From assembly GCA_016748015.1 (NCBI GenBank), contig JAAOMT010000762.1:496001-560000 (forward strand): 64,000 bases of DNA, written 5' to 3'. Of this stretch, positions 12,074 through 25,756 are shown in pieces. How positions within the stretch are numbered: position 1 is the stretch's first letter; each line of letters starts with the position of its first letter. The DNA comes from Geosiphon pyriformis uo1. Its lineage: Eukaryota > Fungi > Glomeromycota. The translations under genes were made by a program, and so were the position numbers. The notes under the pieces are model-generated. The model was not told the origin of the DNA, made no database searches, and saw only the letters and a program-made list of their open reading frames with translations.

Positions 12074-13993
12074 CAGTTTTAAATGTTTCAGATTATAAGC
12101 ATACAATAGAAATTTTAAAAATAAAAGATTAATGTATTTAGTATTGAAATGCAATACACAGTAATATGAGGAATTTCTTTTTAAACCAAATTTTAAAGGC
12201 CATGTCGGTTACAAATTTCAAAGCCATTAAGCTTGGAATTTTCCTTTCAATTTTGAACTTCATTCAAAACTTTTACGAGATCCATAATGAAACAAAGCTT
12301 TTGAATACATCTCCTAAAATAACTTTGTAATTGTATCCAGGAATTAATTGGCTGGTCTCATAAGAACTTCAATGGTGATATTTGTAGACTCATATATAAA
12401 TCCCCAAGAGCCTTGTTTTTTGTGTAAATACTCGCAATTTTTTTTTCCTTTAATATCTCAAATTGTGAAAATCCAAAATTTTTTAGCTAAAACCAAATAT
12501 TTATTTCTTGTAAAAGGAAAATTTAAGCAATGAATAATAGCCTTGTGATATTTATTAATACAAATCTAGTTTTTCGAAATAAAAACCGAAATCTTTGATG
12601 AGATGCGTATATCGAATTACGACAATCAATTTGATTCTTTAATAAATAAAATCCATTTATAAAAATTAACTTTCCCATTTCTTTTATCCCAATATTTGGA
12701 AAAAATAAATAAATCCATCATGTAAACCCTAGGATCAATCAGCGTTTAAGCGTTTACAACTGTAAAAAATACAAAAACTGATAGGAAAGTTAAATATCGA
12801 ATAAATCACTTTTAAAGAACAAATAAATAAATAGAATAAACAATAAGTTTCTCGATCTTAAAATATGTTCATTAATAAAAATTCCCTCGACAATAATCAC
12901 AATATTTTTGAGATTTTTGGATTCATCAAGTAAAATTTGCGTGAAAGCATTATGTGATACAAAGCGTTGGAAAAAGATTATCTATGTGAAGTGTGACCAG
13001 ATCTATTATTTGAACAGTTCGTATTCCATAAATGTACATGTATATATAATTAGTATGCAACAAAAATCATATTTTTCAAGTTACATCAATTACGAGATAT
13101 CGAGGATATTTACAAAATGATTGGTTTTAGAATGTAGCTGTTGATATTGAGACCCGGTATGAAAACTTTGGAGCGTGGGGAAATATTAATATATATAGCT
13201 GTATTTGACAGGGATTAAGTTTGAATAGACTATATCAACCATTAAAAATACACTGCTTGTTTGATAAGAAAACGAATAAATCGAAGGCATTATTTAAATA
13301 AACAAATTTAACATTAGAATTAATCCAAAACTTTGTGCTTATAATTAAAGTTGAGAAAATATTCAAAAATATTTAGGTCTTTTTTTAATATAGCAAATAT
13401 AATACTTTTGAAGATTTACTACTAGTCTTAAAAATTTAAAAGTATTAAAGTGAAAATATTCTTACAAATAAAAAATTTGCCATAAATGGCAAAATTTTAT
13501 CTTTAATCTTTTTTTATCTGCAATTTTGAATGGTCTGTTTTATTTGTAACCTACTGAAAACCATGTTGTTAATAATGATGCAAAAAGTAAAATAAATTTG
13601 ATGGAATTTCAATAAAAATAATCATTGTGCCAATGTGATTTATAATATTCATGAGCTTATTAAAAAGATAAATATTAAAAATATTTCAATGATGATTTAT
13701 TTTGTACATTGCTTAAAAAAATTTCTTGGAAATTTACAAGGTAAACCAATTCCATTAGATTCTTATAAAAAACTTTACAGATAAGTTTTCAATGAAAAAA
13801 AAAACATATATTTCAATAATTTAAAACCATTTTTGTTGTATCGAGCTAATTTTTAAATCATCCGTTGTTATATTATAATAAGCCGAAAGTTACTATAGGA
13901 AAGCGGGATTAGCAATTTGGATAAGGTGCAATGAGGCCTTCCAGCCTGCTTGAAGTACTAGAAGACTATGGAGGTTTTGAAAGGATAACGTTC

Positions 13994-15423
13994 TTATAAA
14001 TTCTGTAAAGATTCTTGTACAATACATTTACCCATTGTATAACCAAAATATGGGCCGGAATGATAATCAGTTGGCAAAAGTCTACCCCACCATCTGTTGT
14101 TTGTCCAGTGATATCGGGAGTTGCATTCCTTTTAAAAGAAATAAATGACTCAATAAATTGGCACTTTAGTTTTCAAATATTTTAGAAAAATAAATCATAA
14201 TACCGGATGAGGAGTCAGAGTTTTTGGGTCAGCGGGGCATAGAAAAACTTGGGGAAAGCGACTAATACTTGTTTGAGAAACTTCAATCGGAGCACATTCG
14301 CATTGATCGGTCGACGCTGGTATCCAATATTCTTTTTCGTGATGCACGGTATCTTTATCGGGGAACCGCGTTATAAAATCATCACCATGTGTTACTCGAA
14401 ACACATCTAAATTTTTAGCTACGAGTTTCGCAAATTCAAAATTGCCGATTTTTGGTTGTCCAAAAGTAACAACTTTTGGACTTAATTTGTACTTTTTCTT
14501 GACAGCCAATGCTGCAATTATAGCAATTGCTGAAATTTGAAATAAAGATGATTGAATGTAAATTTTAACTAAGGAGAAACACGTGATTTACAATATTTTT
14601 GAACTGATTTATTAAATCATCATACATACCACCTCCTACGCTAAATCCAGTAAACGTAGAATGGTATTGAACGGAAAAAATCCCGTCTTGGTTTGTATAA
14701 GGTGCCAATATTTTCCAGAACGCCGGCCTCCCATTTTCCCATTGTCTCATAAATTCTGCGTCTACCAACACATCTTCATTCATAGAGCCGGGATATCTTT
14801 TGGTCAAAAAATATTTTCTCTTCAAGAAGGCTTTATAACTTATATCATTCGCTTTGAAAGAAACAATTATTTCTCGCTCATTGCTCTGAGTAGTATGTGG
14901 CTTCAAAAAGACCTTCGCTAAATTTTAATGAAGAGAATCAACAAAATCATAAAATTTATGAATCGTTCGCCATTAGAGTTTTGTACAACTGACCGTATAT
15001 GCTCTCTGTTAAAAAATCGGCTTTTTTATTGAGGCAAGCTGCCTCCCTCGCATAAAAAGCGATATCGGTGAGCTCTTTAAGAATATTCTCATTTTGAACC
15101 AACAATTTTGGGGGAAAGCTATTCCCTGTGGGAGTATGTCCACTTTCTGATTGATCGGGTAAATTTTGAATTGAAGAGACATCAAAATCTTCAATCAGGC
15201 TTCTTTTACGATTGCTGAATGATGATTTTGATTTATAATTAATTGGCTCAACACCCTTTTCTGAAAATTTTGAGGTATGATTATTTTTATATTTATTGCT
15301 GCCGAGGAAATGATTATTTGATGGGGTATTTGAAATTGTAGGCCAAAAGAACGTTTCAAAAGTTGAAGTTGTAGTGTACAACAATATACAAAGTAGAAAA
15401 GAAACTTGAAGATGCCTAGGCAT
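13994..15423 (-). CDS. Secreted class-3 lipase, 4 exons
   Basis: Exons 15423-14994, 14917-14630, 14529-14204, 14128-13994. Hydrophobic N-terminus MPRHLQVSFLLCILLY; motifs FTGFSVGGA, VTFGQPKIGN, RVTHGDDFI, HHEKEYWI, DYHSGPYFG. Confidence 0.85.
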
Positions 15424-16596
15424 ATACGTGTTTAAATGAAATATAAAAAGATTATTCATTGTAAAAAACAAATTAGAATAAAAAAATTAAAGTTATCATT
15501 TATTCAGGCGATTTGTTGTATTTATGGGAATCTACAAGACATATGTACTGATATTGATAATCAAGATCTAAAAAGTAAAGAAGCATGATCAAATTTTTTT
15601 AGCGAAATATATTAAACATTTACATCTATTAACCAAAAATTTATGATTTGTTGGATTCCTTTTCCAGATTTTCAAAAAGTTTCTTAATAAATACGATAAA
15701 GAACAATTTTATGAAATCTCTATTAAAAAACTTTATTTTTGAATGTTTGGGTTTTCATGAAAATCCAAAATTGATCATTAAAATTGAAGATTCATAATAA
15801 TTAAACTATTATTAACTTAAATAAAACATTTATATTTGCTCGGATAAAATGCTTTATGAATTTAGTGTTATGAAAATAATTCGACAAAAATTTCCATGTT
15901 TGAATTTTTAATGACAAAATCATAGAACTTGGTGTTTTACATTAAGCCCCTCTTATCTATTAAAATATTTACTCACATATTTCCATTGAAACAAAATCCA
16001 ATGCCTCTGAAGAAATTATTTCTAATTCATTCTAATGTGATTAGAATAATTTCTCACTTATTTGCTTGCCCTCACCTTATATCAGGGTTTATCAAGAACT
16101 GTTTTCTATTTACTAAAACCCTATGGGTAATTGAGATGATTGAATTTCATGTTTTAAAACTGTCTTTTACAGGTTTAATGTTCAATAAAACAAAAACATA
16201 AGTGATACAAAATGAAGCTTTGAACATAAGAGTCTTGTATTTGATATCCTTTCATTAAGAAAAATGTAAGATTTTCAGAACTTCATTTAATTTATTTTAA
16301 ATGAAATATGCTGAATGATTGTTTTGACAAAGGAGATTTTGAAAATTTAAAAATTTCCCACCACAAAAAATGCTGCGAAAATTCAATAAAGTTTAATAAC
16401 ATCCCAGTATGCTTGAATCCCTCCTTATGATTTAAAGTTTTAAACCTTAAACTGACCTTTCATTTAAGGTAGTAAGAAAGATTTCAGTCTTTCGAGGATT
16501 TCAAAGTACCTAACTCCCTCGATATTTAGCAAATTTGTGTTGAAATTCTTCCCTAATAGCATGTAGCTTTTCGATCTCTAAAATTCTCAAAGTTTT

Positions 16597-17865
16597 TTAT
16601 AGTGACCACCCTTGAAAAAGCGATTCCAACTTTCCTTGAGCACTTTGACTATGATTCTTCAAAGCAAGTCGATAACAATGAATGGCATGATGTATATCTC
16701 GTTCTGTTCCAAAGCCGGATTCAAGACAGTAGCCAAGCATACGCTGACCATCTTCATCACCTGCTTCTGCTGATTTTTGATACCAATAAAAAGCTTTGGG
16801 ATAATTTTTCGGTACCCCACAACCTGATAGATAGCAATTTGATAGATTATACTGTGCAACTCTTTCACCAGCTCGGGCAGATCTTCGGTACCAATAAAAA
16901 GCTCGGCGCATATCAATTTTTGTGCCAATCCCTATTTCATAATAGTAGCCTGGAAGAAGAAATTAATTGTATGAATTTTTAAAATTTATCCAAATCAACA
17001 TTGTGTTTGAACATACCAAAAGAGCATTGGCCACTCTCACTTCCACCTTCAGATGCTTTCTGATACCAGTAAAAGGCTTTTGCTGTATCAATAGGTGTAC
17101 CAAAACCTTTCTCATAGCTGCTAGCCAAATGACATTGGCCAGTTGTATTTCCAGCTTGAGCTGATTTTAGAAACCAATAAAAAGCCTTTTCCGGATTTTG
17201 AGGAATTGATTCACCAGTCTTAAATTCAAGGCCTGCAATATAGGAATAGATAGTAGTTGGAATAAATCAGAAATACTTTAGTCAAGAAACAAATTATTTC
17301 TACCTAAGTTGTAAGCACCAATAGCTGATCTCCCTTCGGCCGATTTCAACCACCATTCATAAGCTTTCTGTCCATCTTTTTCAGTACCCACGGCATATTT
17401 ATAACAATATCCCAACGTACATTGTCCACGACTACATCCAGCTTCAGCTGATTTATAACACCAATAGAATGCAAGTTTCTCATCTTTCTTTGTCCCAGTC
17501 CCGTCAAAATAACATAATGCCAAAAATGCTTGAGCTAAAGGATTATCATTTTCCGAAGCTATTTTGTATTGTTGAAAAGCAGCCTCTTTATCTACATCTG
17601 TCCCAATCCCAAATTCCTGAAAACATCCCAAAATACATGCATATTCCCTACGATTCTCCGGTAAGGATAATCGGTTAAATATTTCCTGCGGCTTGTAATT
17701 GTAACGTTCAAAAAAATCGTTAAAGTTCAGAGCTAGATAACTATCACCACCTTGATCTACTGCTTTCTCTAAGGAGAGTTGAAGCGCATAAAGTAAATCG
17801 ACTTTATCATAATCTTCTTCGTATTTCGGGCTCGAGTACGGACGAATAAAACCAGTATTGTTCAT
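16597..17865 (-). CDS. Sel1-like repeat (SLR/TPR) protein, 3 exons
   Basis: Exons 17865-17304, 17232-17017, 16949-16597 join in frame; repeated AFYWYxKSAExG...GQCxLGxCYxxGxGT units. Confidence 0.9.
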
Positions 17866-19134
17866 TATTGTTGTTATCGATTAAAGTTAAATGAAATTAA
17901 TAATTAAAACTAAAAGCAGAATGATAGAAGCAAAAAAAGGAAACTAACCAGTTAGTGCTCAATCAAACTTTTTTAACAATTAGGAAACAGCTAAAAGAAG
18001 TTAATTGATTGATCGACTATTCGCATTAATGGCAATTTGCTTTAACCTTGATTTTCCCACAATAGTTTAGTAGTCAACTTGGAGACAGACGTTATGCATT
18101 GCAGCCTTTGTATTATGGAACAAAGAATAGAGATCTAGAAACTATGATCCAAAATTGACGTTTTCAGTTGCTGTTATCTTGTTTACTGTTACTTGATTAA
18201 AAGAGGATTTTACCTAAAATAATTGTTGCAATCAAATGCCACGGCTCATTTTAGACATATTTCATTATTAATATTTAATAATAATTAGAAAAATAAGGTT
18301 TCATATAGAGTATAATTTAAAATTATTAAGCAATCGCAATTAAATTTGATAAATTATTATTAATGAATTTTAAATTTAGGCTGAAAAATATTGTGCAGCA
18401 AATTAAGAATGTCTTTTAGAAACATTTTCCCGAAGCTTTTTTTTTGGTGAAATTGCATGGCCCGAAAACTAATCAAATTCTCAGAGATCAAACTATACTA
18501 TGCCCATTATAGCAAGCCAGAATATCGATATGTCATTGCTTTTGGGTTTACGGAAAAGACGTTGATAATTTACTTTGAATGTAAAAATTAGATTACAGCA
18601 TAGCATAACACGAAACGTCACAAATTCACATTTTTCAGATGAAGAAAAAACTGGAAGTTAAATTTCGTGCAATTCGTTCAAGTTACAAAATTTTATTTAA
18701 AGATAGAATCAGAAAGATCTTCAATAGTTATTGAAAAAGGAAAATTTCAATTTAATTTACTCCTTGTTTTTGGATTAGTATTTAGGAATTTTTGGAACAA
18801 TTAGTAAAATTGCGATCGAGTAAAATGATTTTGTTTAAACCTAATAAATTGAGGCAAAAGTACTCAAAGTTAATGTTTTTTGGTAAATTCAAAGTGTTAT
18901 TAGTTAATATGAATTGCCCTTGAGTAGTATTTTGAAACCGTTAATTTTCATCTAGACTTAAAGACTAGAAACTTTTGACAAAAAACACTAAATATTTGTA
19001 TAAATCTCTTTTACTCATTAAATGAAAGAGAAAAGATTATGGTCGCCCTGATAAATTTCTTGAATTCACTCAACTACCTCATATATTTGAAGGATTAAGA
19101 CAACTTTGAACAGTTTAAAGGCTTAAAAGATTTC

Positions 19135-20564
19135 CTAGCTTCTGGAACAATCTAATTCCTCAACAACGTTCCACATTTCTCTGATAATGCGTGATTGACT
19201 CTGTCTGACATCAATATCACCAGGACTCGGTGAACACCCTCTGACAGCAAGAAACTTGCGTCCAAGAATATCTACTGGGGTTTCATCTGGACCATTTGCA
19301 CTTACAATGAACCCCCCTGCTTCATTTAGTATCGCAATTCCTGCTGCCACATCCCTAAGATTTTAATAAAACTTTCATCAAATATTTGACCAAATGTAAT
19401 TTTCCTCAATTTATTATATTTAAATATGCTTACCATTCCCAACATCCAATCTCCCAGTAAACATCAATATCACCTCTAGCAACATAACACAAATTCAGTG
19501 CAGCACTCCCAGTACTTCTAATGCCATGGACTAATCCTGCTTTCTTGGAGCTCCATGAATTCTGCCCTGGTTGGGATACCATATTATGGATTGAATTTAT
19601 TTTTTTGTCGATGACTGATGGAGTTCTATCATGACCCATCTCGGTAGCCACAAGACAATGGGCCAGGTCTAGAGGTAAAGTGAGGGGCGCATGTGGGTGT
19701 GATAAGGGAAGTTGTGTCGTAAGGTTCAAAAATGCACCATTTCCTTTGGATGCTGTATATAGCTAGTGAATAAAATTTAAAATATATGTTCGAGGATGAC
19801 TAGGCAATGAGAAATTCTCAAGAGTAAAAGCAAAATTTTGGGAATATACTTCATTCAAAAAGGGATTATAAATTACTCCAATTACAGGCACTTCGTCGAT
19901 CACTAAACCGATTGAAATAGCGACAAAAGGGAATCTAATCGTGAAATTTGGAGTTAGTTTTCTCGCATGAGTCCAAGAATGATAAGTAAAAACTTGCCCG
20001 TGTACGAAGTTCGTAGTTCCATCTTGCAATTTAAGAATTTAATTTGGTACAAGATTTCTTTTTGTGTGTGAAAAGCCAAACCGATAATTTTATTTTTAAA
20101 AATCAATAAAGCTTACCTATAGGGTCAACGATCCACGTTGGTTCTTTAGTGAGTTCACATTTTTCTCCAGCAGCAACTGTTTCTTCGCCGATAAATCTTG
20201 TAAAGAACAGACCCAATTGGGGAACAAACTTTCAAAATAAATTAATTGAAAATATTTCATAAAGCAAGCTTTAGCATACTTGCCTATGTTTCGGATACTC
20301 CGCGCTCAATTTTGATCGCACCAACTGTTCAACTTTTTTATCTGTTTCAGTAACCAAATCAATTGGGTTCCCATATTTCTCATAAACATCTTTTTCGGCA
20401 GTATATCGTGCTTTTGATCCATCAAGTATCAATTGACCACACTCTTTGGCAAGTTTTATGGCAAAATGAAGATAGATAACCAGTTCTGGACGGATCAGGA
20501 ATTTAGAATTAGAAATAAATGATGGAAATGTAACGAATTTTGAATTTTCACCTTGATCTGCCAT
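19135..20564 (-). CDS. INM1: Inositol monophosphatase (IMPase family), multi-exon
   Basis: Motifs [61 protein letters not shown]. Two introns need GC donors (20283 and 19997). Confidence 0.92.
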
Positions 20565-22959
20565 TTTTCAACAAATATGAAAAACTCGGGAAAAAATTTG
20601 TAGATGCAGCCTATCTAACAATTTATATTTCTGATCGGCGCATGGAATGAAAATGTGAATTATTTGTATATAGCCAGATTTTCAAGTTTCATTCACGCTT
20701 GTGAAGTATTTGATAAATAACCTGTAAAGAAAAAAGGGCTTTCGTTACTTTAATTGTTGAGAGTTAATCTATCTTAATAAGTTGAAGAAAATGAAATCCA
20801 ATGTCAGGTTATAATTTTAAAAACTAGGTTTTTTTTTAATTTAAAACAAAAGAATACAACTTGTTATTTGGCTTCACTCTTCATAGAAAAGAGCACAGAG
20901 AGCAATGAAGATATTTTGTATTTTTGTGATCCTTCTATTTCCCCCAATGGTGGGACATAAATCGAAACAAACACCTTTATAAATAATATGCGATCAATAT
21001 GATATGAATCACTAGCACGAAAAGCGAGAATAATTCGAAGGTTTCAAAAAATTTTAAAATATTAGGTCTTTCATGAGAAGCATATTATTCTCAATTTTGC
21101 GTCTCATAATTATAAACAAGAATAATATTTTCGGATAGCAATTTCTTTTGCTTCAACTTCTATCATGTTTATATAAATCTACAATATTACAGTTAACAAA
21201 AATCAATTAATCAAGTTTATTATTAGTAGTTCCCGAAGCGGTACCCTTTTACCATTTATTTCATGCACAAGTCTCTAAAATTTTTCAAGGACTTATGCTT
21301 CGAGATTTGAAAATATCAAGTTTCAGTGCAAACTTTTATACTTAAATACCCGATATTCAACTCTTAAAACCAATTTATTTGACCAAAAATCAAATTAAAC
21401 TAAAAGCTCAAAAAGATAATCTCAAGACTGGAAAGTTTCTTTTATAGTTTACAAAATAAAGTTTCAATTTATTCTACATGTATTGAGAAAAAATTTATGG
21501 AACTGCAAACTTTTTGGGGATTTGTTTTTTTTGGTTGAGTTACACGTGTTCTAATCATATAATAAGAATATTTCATAAAAAGAAAAAGAAAAACAGGTAT
21601 CAGCTGAAGCTAAAATATTATTTGAATCATTTTAACCAATTTGAATTAAATTTAAGGTTTTAATTTAATTTTAAATTATAAATCAAAATTTTTTGTTTTT
21701 AGAATTTTAGTAAAATATAGGTTGTGTCAAAAAACCATTATTAAAATTGGTTATTAAATAATATTACTTGTATCAAACAACATAATAATAAGAAGTTTAC
21801 CGAATTAACTATAATTTTTTGTATTGGTATTTATATTGTTATGAATTAAAGTAACATGCTAACAAATAGTAGCAAGCATAGTATTTAAAGACAATGTAAA
21901 ACTAATTTAGATTTTTTTAATAAGAGAGCAAATTGAATGTGTAAGCAATTCAATTAATATAATTAGTCTTAAAATCACAGTTGCTAATTTTCTCAAGAAA
22001 GATCTGAAAATAAGAAATAGTTCATAGTTTTTAACAAAAGATAATACAGATACTATAATTTTATGTCTCAATTGGAGCTTTTAGAATTCAATATCAAGTA
22101 TCAATTATTTCAAACAGTTGTTTATTTAAGGATTTTAAGGATAATTTTTTTACAATTTTATGAAAGTAAGAAAAAGATATTAATTTAAAAAAATGTTGTA
22201 TATTAATAAAAAAAGATGAATATTTAAGTTAACAACTAGGTCAACAATTAATTTTAAAAATAAGATGGTTAATACATAATTGATATAAGTAAATTTAATT
22301 AAATAATTTATATACTTTAAATTAAAATTAACAATTTATAATTATAACTTTTTTTATATATTCTAAATAGTTAATATTTGTATGTTATTTAATTTTTTTG
22401 TGATTTCTTTAATTAGAAAATTTTTCTGTTTTTGGAAATGTCTGTTATAATCATTATTGGTAATTTTGAATAAAAAAAGTTTTAAATTTAAACCATATCA
22501 AAATCTTCATTTAAGATAATTTTTTTTAGCAATTGTTAATTTTATTTTAATTTATAAAAATTAAATTTTTAAAGATTCTAAAGATTCAAAAGATTCAAAT
22601 ACCAAAAATTGCTTTATTTGTTCTAATTAAGTGTATCCGAATATTTTCCAATATCTAATTTAGTGGTGAATTGTATCCTAAAAAAAAATTAGTTCCAGAG
22701 CCATTATGAATCTAGAAATGATTAGAAATAGCATCGATATTTTTAAATATATGTAATGTTGGTCCTAACGTTCGTAATGATATTTAAAGATCCCTTCTAA
22801 AATATTGGCAAACATTGAGTGTGATTTTTTGGGACTAGCATTGCGTTTATTGTCGTTTTTCCTTTGTTTGCATATGAATATATAATTTAATGAAAAAAAT
22901 AATCAATATACATGTACAGTAACGCCAGATTTCGCATGTGTAACAACTATTAAAACGAC

Positions 22960-23170
22960 ATGCACTACAAAATTTAGGTCGTTGAAAAAATTCTCGCAGG
23001 TGAATTAAATGAGCTTCGAAGGATGGTAAGTACACATAAATGTCGTCGATATAAACAACTGCTGACTGTCATAAAAGTCCAACATAGACAACATCCATGA
23101 GTTATTGGAATTTTGCTGGTGCATTGCACAATCCAAAAGGCATTACATTGAATTCGTAGTTTCCTCCTTG
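22960..23170 (-). mobile_element. Ty3/Gypsy reverse transcriptase fragment
   Basis: GNYEFNVMPFGLCNAPAKFQ, a stop, then VVYIDDIYVY...FEAHLIHL (YxDD motif). Confidence 0.85.
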
Positions 23171-23492
23171 AATGTTTTTGTTTTGAAAATTTTTCACAAA
23201 AGCAAAAAAAACCCATCCTTTTTCTTCAATTGGGGGAACAATTTTTACAATCACATTTGTTTCGATTCCAAGTTTTTTGCGTTTATTTATGAAGCATTTC
23301 GTTTCCAAAGAAAAATGTCACAAATCTATAAATACATGTTGCTTTGAATCATAGGTGGTTGAAAAAAGTTTTAGGATATTTGAGTGTGTAACTTGAGGAC
23401 CATTTTCAATCACTAACAAAATTATTCTGTGCAAAATAAAAAAGGTCACATTTTAGAAATTTGAGTTCAAAAATTTTCTCTCTTAAATTGTA

Positions 23493-23522
23493 ACACATAC
23501 ACACACACACACACACACACAC
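23493..23522. repeat. (AC)n microsatellite
   Basis: acacatacacacacacacacacacacacac. Confidence 0.9.
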
Positions 23523-23756
23523 GATTGAAAATGAATGATCTTCTTACATGCAGAAATTAAATGTTTTTGTAACTGCCCTTAAAAGTTTTCTTGCAAGGGT
23601 TTAAGGTATACTCAACAAAATAATCATAATCATCTTAAAAAACATTTGAATTCTTAAAATTAAAGTTCATCTCTGTTTTCTGATATTTACATCAAAAACT
23701 CTCAAAAACAAAACAGCAATAAAAAAAATCAGGCTTCTAAAGTTGAACACAACAAA

Positions 23757-24191
23757 ATGACTTTTTTAACAGAATTACCAGTTGTATCAGAAAATGTCCT
23801 AAAACCTCCAGCCTCATCATTCCATTCTCAAATTCAAACATTAGATCAATTCCTACCACAAACTTGCAACAATATTTATTTTAATTGGAAGAATGAAAAA
23901 CACAGACCCAACTCATTAAACAATTTGTCAAGTCAAGCTGGAGACTCAATAATAGATATCGCTGTAGATGTGGATGATTATGAAGATCATATTTATGATA
24001 TCTATCGATATAAAATACCCTCGAGAAAGGAAAATATTTGTACATGTATTAGAAAACGAGTGAGAAATAAAATTTTAAAAAAGTTTAATATAAAGGTCCC
24101 AATTTATGAATGGGTATATGGTTGTATCTTGATTATATGTTGTTTAATTATTTGTTGTACCATTGTGATAGCAACTTTAAAATGGGTATGA
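23757..24191 (+). CDS. Hypothetical 144-aa protein with a Cys-rich C-terminal transmembrane segment (tail-anchored-like)
   Basis: Intronless ORF with good start context (acaaaATG); basic stretch RKRVRNKILKK precedes hydrophobic WVYGCILIICCLIICCTIVIATL near the C-terminus. Confidence 0.5.
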   Translation: MTFLTELPVVSENVLKPPASSFHSQIQTLDQFLPQTCNNIYFNWKNEKHRPNSLNNLSSQAGDSIIDIAVDVDDYEDHIYDIYRYKIPSRKENICTCIRKRVRNKILKKFNIKVPIYEWVYGCILIICCLIICCTIVIATLKWV

Positions 24192-24689
24192 AATTTGAAA
24201 AATTGAATTTTTTTAAAATTTATTTTATCCTATTAAAAAATTATTCAAATGTTCAAAGAAAAAAAAATTTTATTACAGATATTAATTTTTTTTACTTTTA
24301 TCTAATCTAAAAATCAAAATTTATATAAAAACACACTCTTAAATGTGCAAAAAATTTGAAACAATAAAAGTCCTCGTTTTTCACACTTTACTTATTTATT
24401 AGCCTGGTTACATTTATCCAAAGAAACCTAAAGATTCAATAAATAAATAAATAAATAAATATTTCATTATTTATTTTTAGTTATTTAATATCTTGAGCCC
24501 TAAATTTGAGAGAGCAACATTGAAAATCTCTACTAGAAATAACTTTATGAATAAATTTTTTTTTTAAAAAATGACTATACCCATTATTGATGAGAAAGGA
24601 AAGAATTAGAAGCATTCCTGTTGAAATTTTTATTTTATGCCAAATTATCATTTTAAAGGGTTAAATGTGACTTGATCAGCTCTTTGCCT

Positions 24690-25330
24690 TTTTTGTGAAA
24701 TTTTTTATTCACTTCGAATTGCATACCAAGTTCAGCACTTTGTGTAGATTTGTTATCAATGGACTTCTTACCCAATAGGGAATCTTTAAATTTTTTCCAA
24801 GTGATACTAGCCTAGATTAATCATATTAAAATTCAAAGGGCATTTTTTTGGAAATTATTAAAAAACTTTACTATTCAACCCCTTTTTCTTCGTCTACTTC
24901 AGCTACCAAGCATCAACTAATATTAAATTGAGCTGCCGAATTACCATATTTTCGCCAAGCTTTTATATCATTCAAAATCAATTTCTGATACCAATAAAAT
25001 GCAGCATTTTTAAATTCAAAAATTCCCTACAATTTTTTTCGTTATCACCACCCTCTGCTGAAAGGTTATTTTGACATTTTTCAAAAATTCCCCTGGAACA
25101 AGTGACGTAGAAAATAACTCATTATTTGATCCATGATGTTAAAATACTTCCGTCATTTGAAGATGATCAATTTCTTGGGAAAAGATCTCAGATATTCGAT
25201 AGTGTGGTGTCCACATTTTTCAACCTTTGGAATGACTCTACCTTATCGAAAAAATCCTTTCAAGAAAGGAATTTATTCTGTTTAATGAATTTTATATTAT
25301 ATAATATATCTTTGACTCATTTCATCAGGT
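24690..25330 (-). pseudogene. Decayed Sel1-repeat gene remnant
   Basis: Minus strand encodes fragments AAFYWYQK, GNSAAQFNI and EVDEEKG; DNA matches the 43038-44200 remnant (ctgaagtagacgaagaaaaagggg versus ctgaagtagacgaagagaaagggc). Confidence 0.65.
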
Positions 25331-25756
25331 GTCAATGAATTATTAAATCTGATAATAAATCAATAGAAAATAATATTTCCCCTCTAAAATAAACTCAGTC
25401 ATACGATTAATCAACAAATATGACTGTCTTTGATATTTGATCATAAAAAATAACTTCCTTCTAGTAGTTTCTCTGATGTTATTTCAATCATTGTTAGACG
25501 TCATTAAAATAATCTATCTGTTTGGTATATTGCTCATAATTAATCATGGTTTACAAGAATGTCATCATGAAATCTCATCTTCACTTTTGCTAATGTTATA
25601 TAAAGGGGGAACCTTACACCTCTCTTTCTTTTTCAAGCTTCTGTTTATTTCATTAATAAATAGTGCAGAAAAAACTTCCAACCAAATTAATTTAAACTTT
25701 GATTTTCAAGCCTCTTTCTGATCTTTTTTTTTTTATCACTTGCGCACTCGATTATA

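Noticed and set aside
9772-17678. Antisense ORFs over the lipase and Sel1 genes
   Set aside because: Shadows of well-supported genes on the opposite strand.
25400-25750. Heat-shock elements upstream of HSP20
   Set aside because: No clear triple nGAAn array found by eye.
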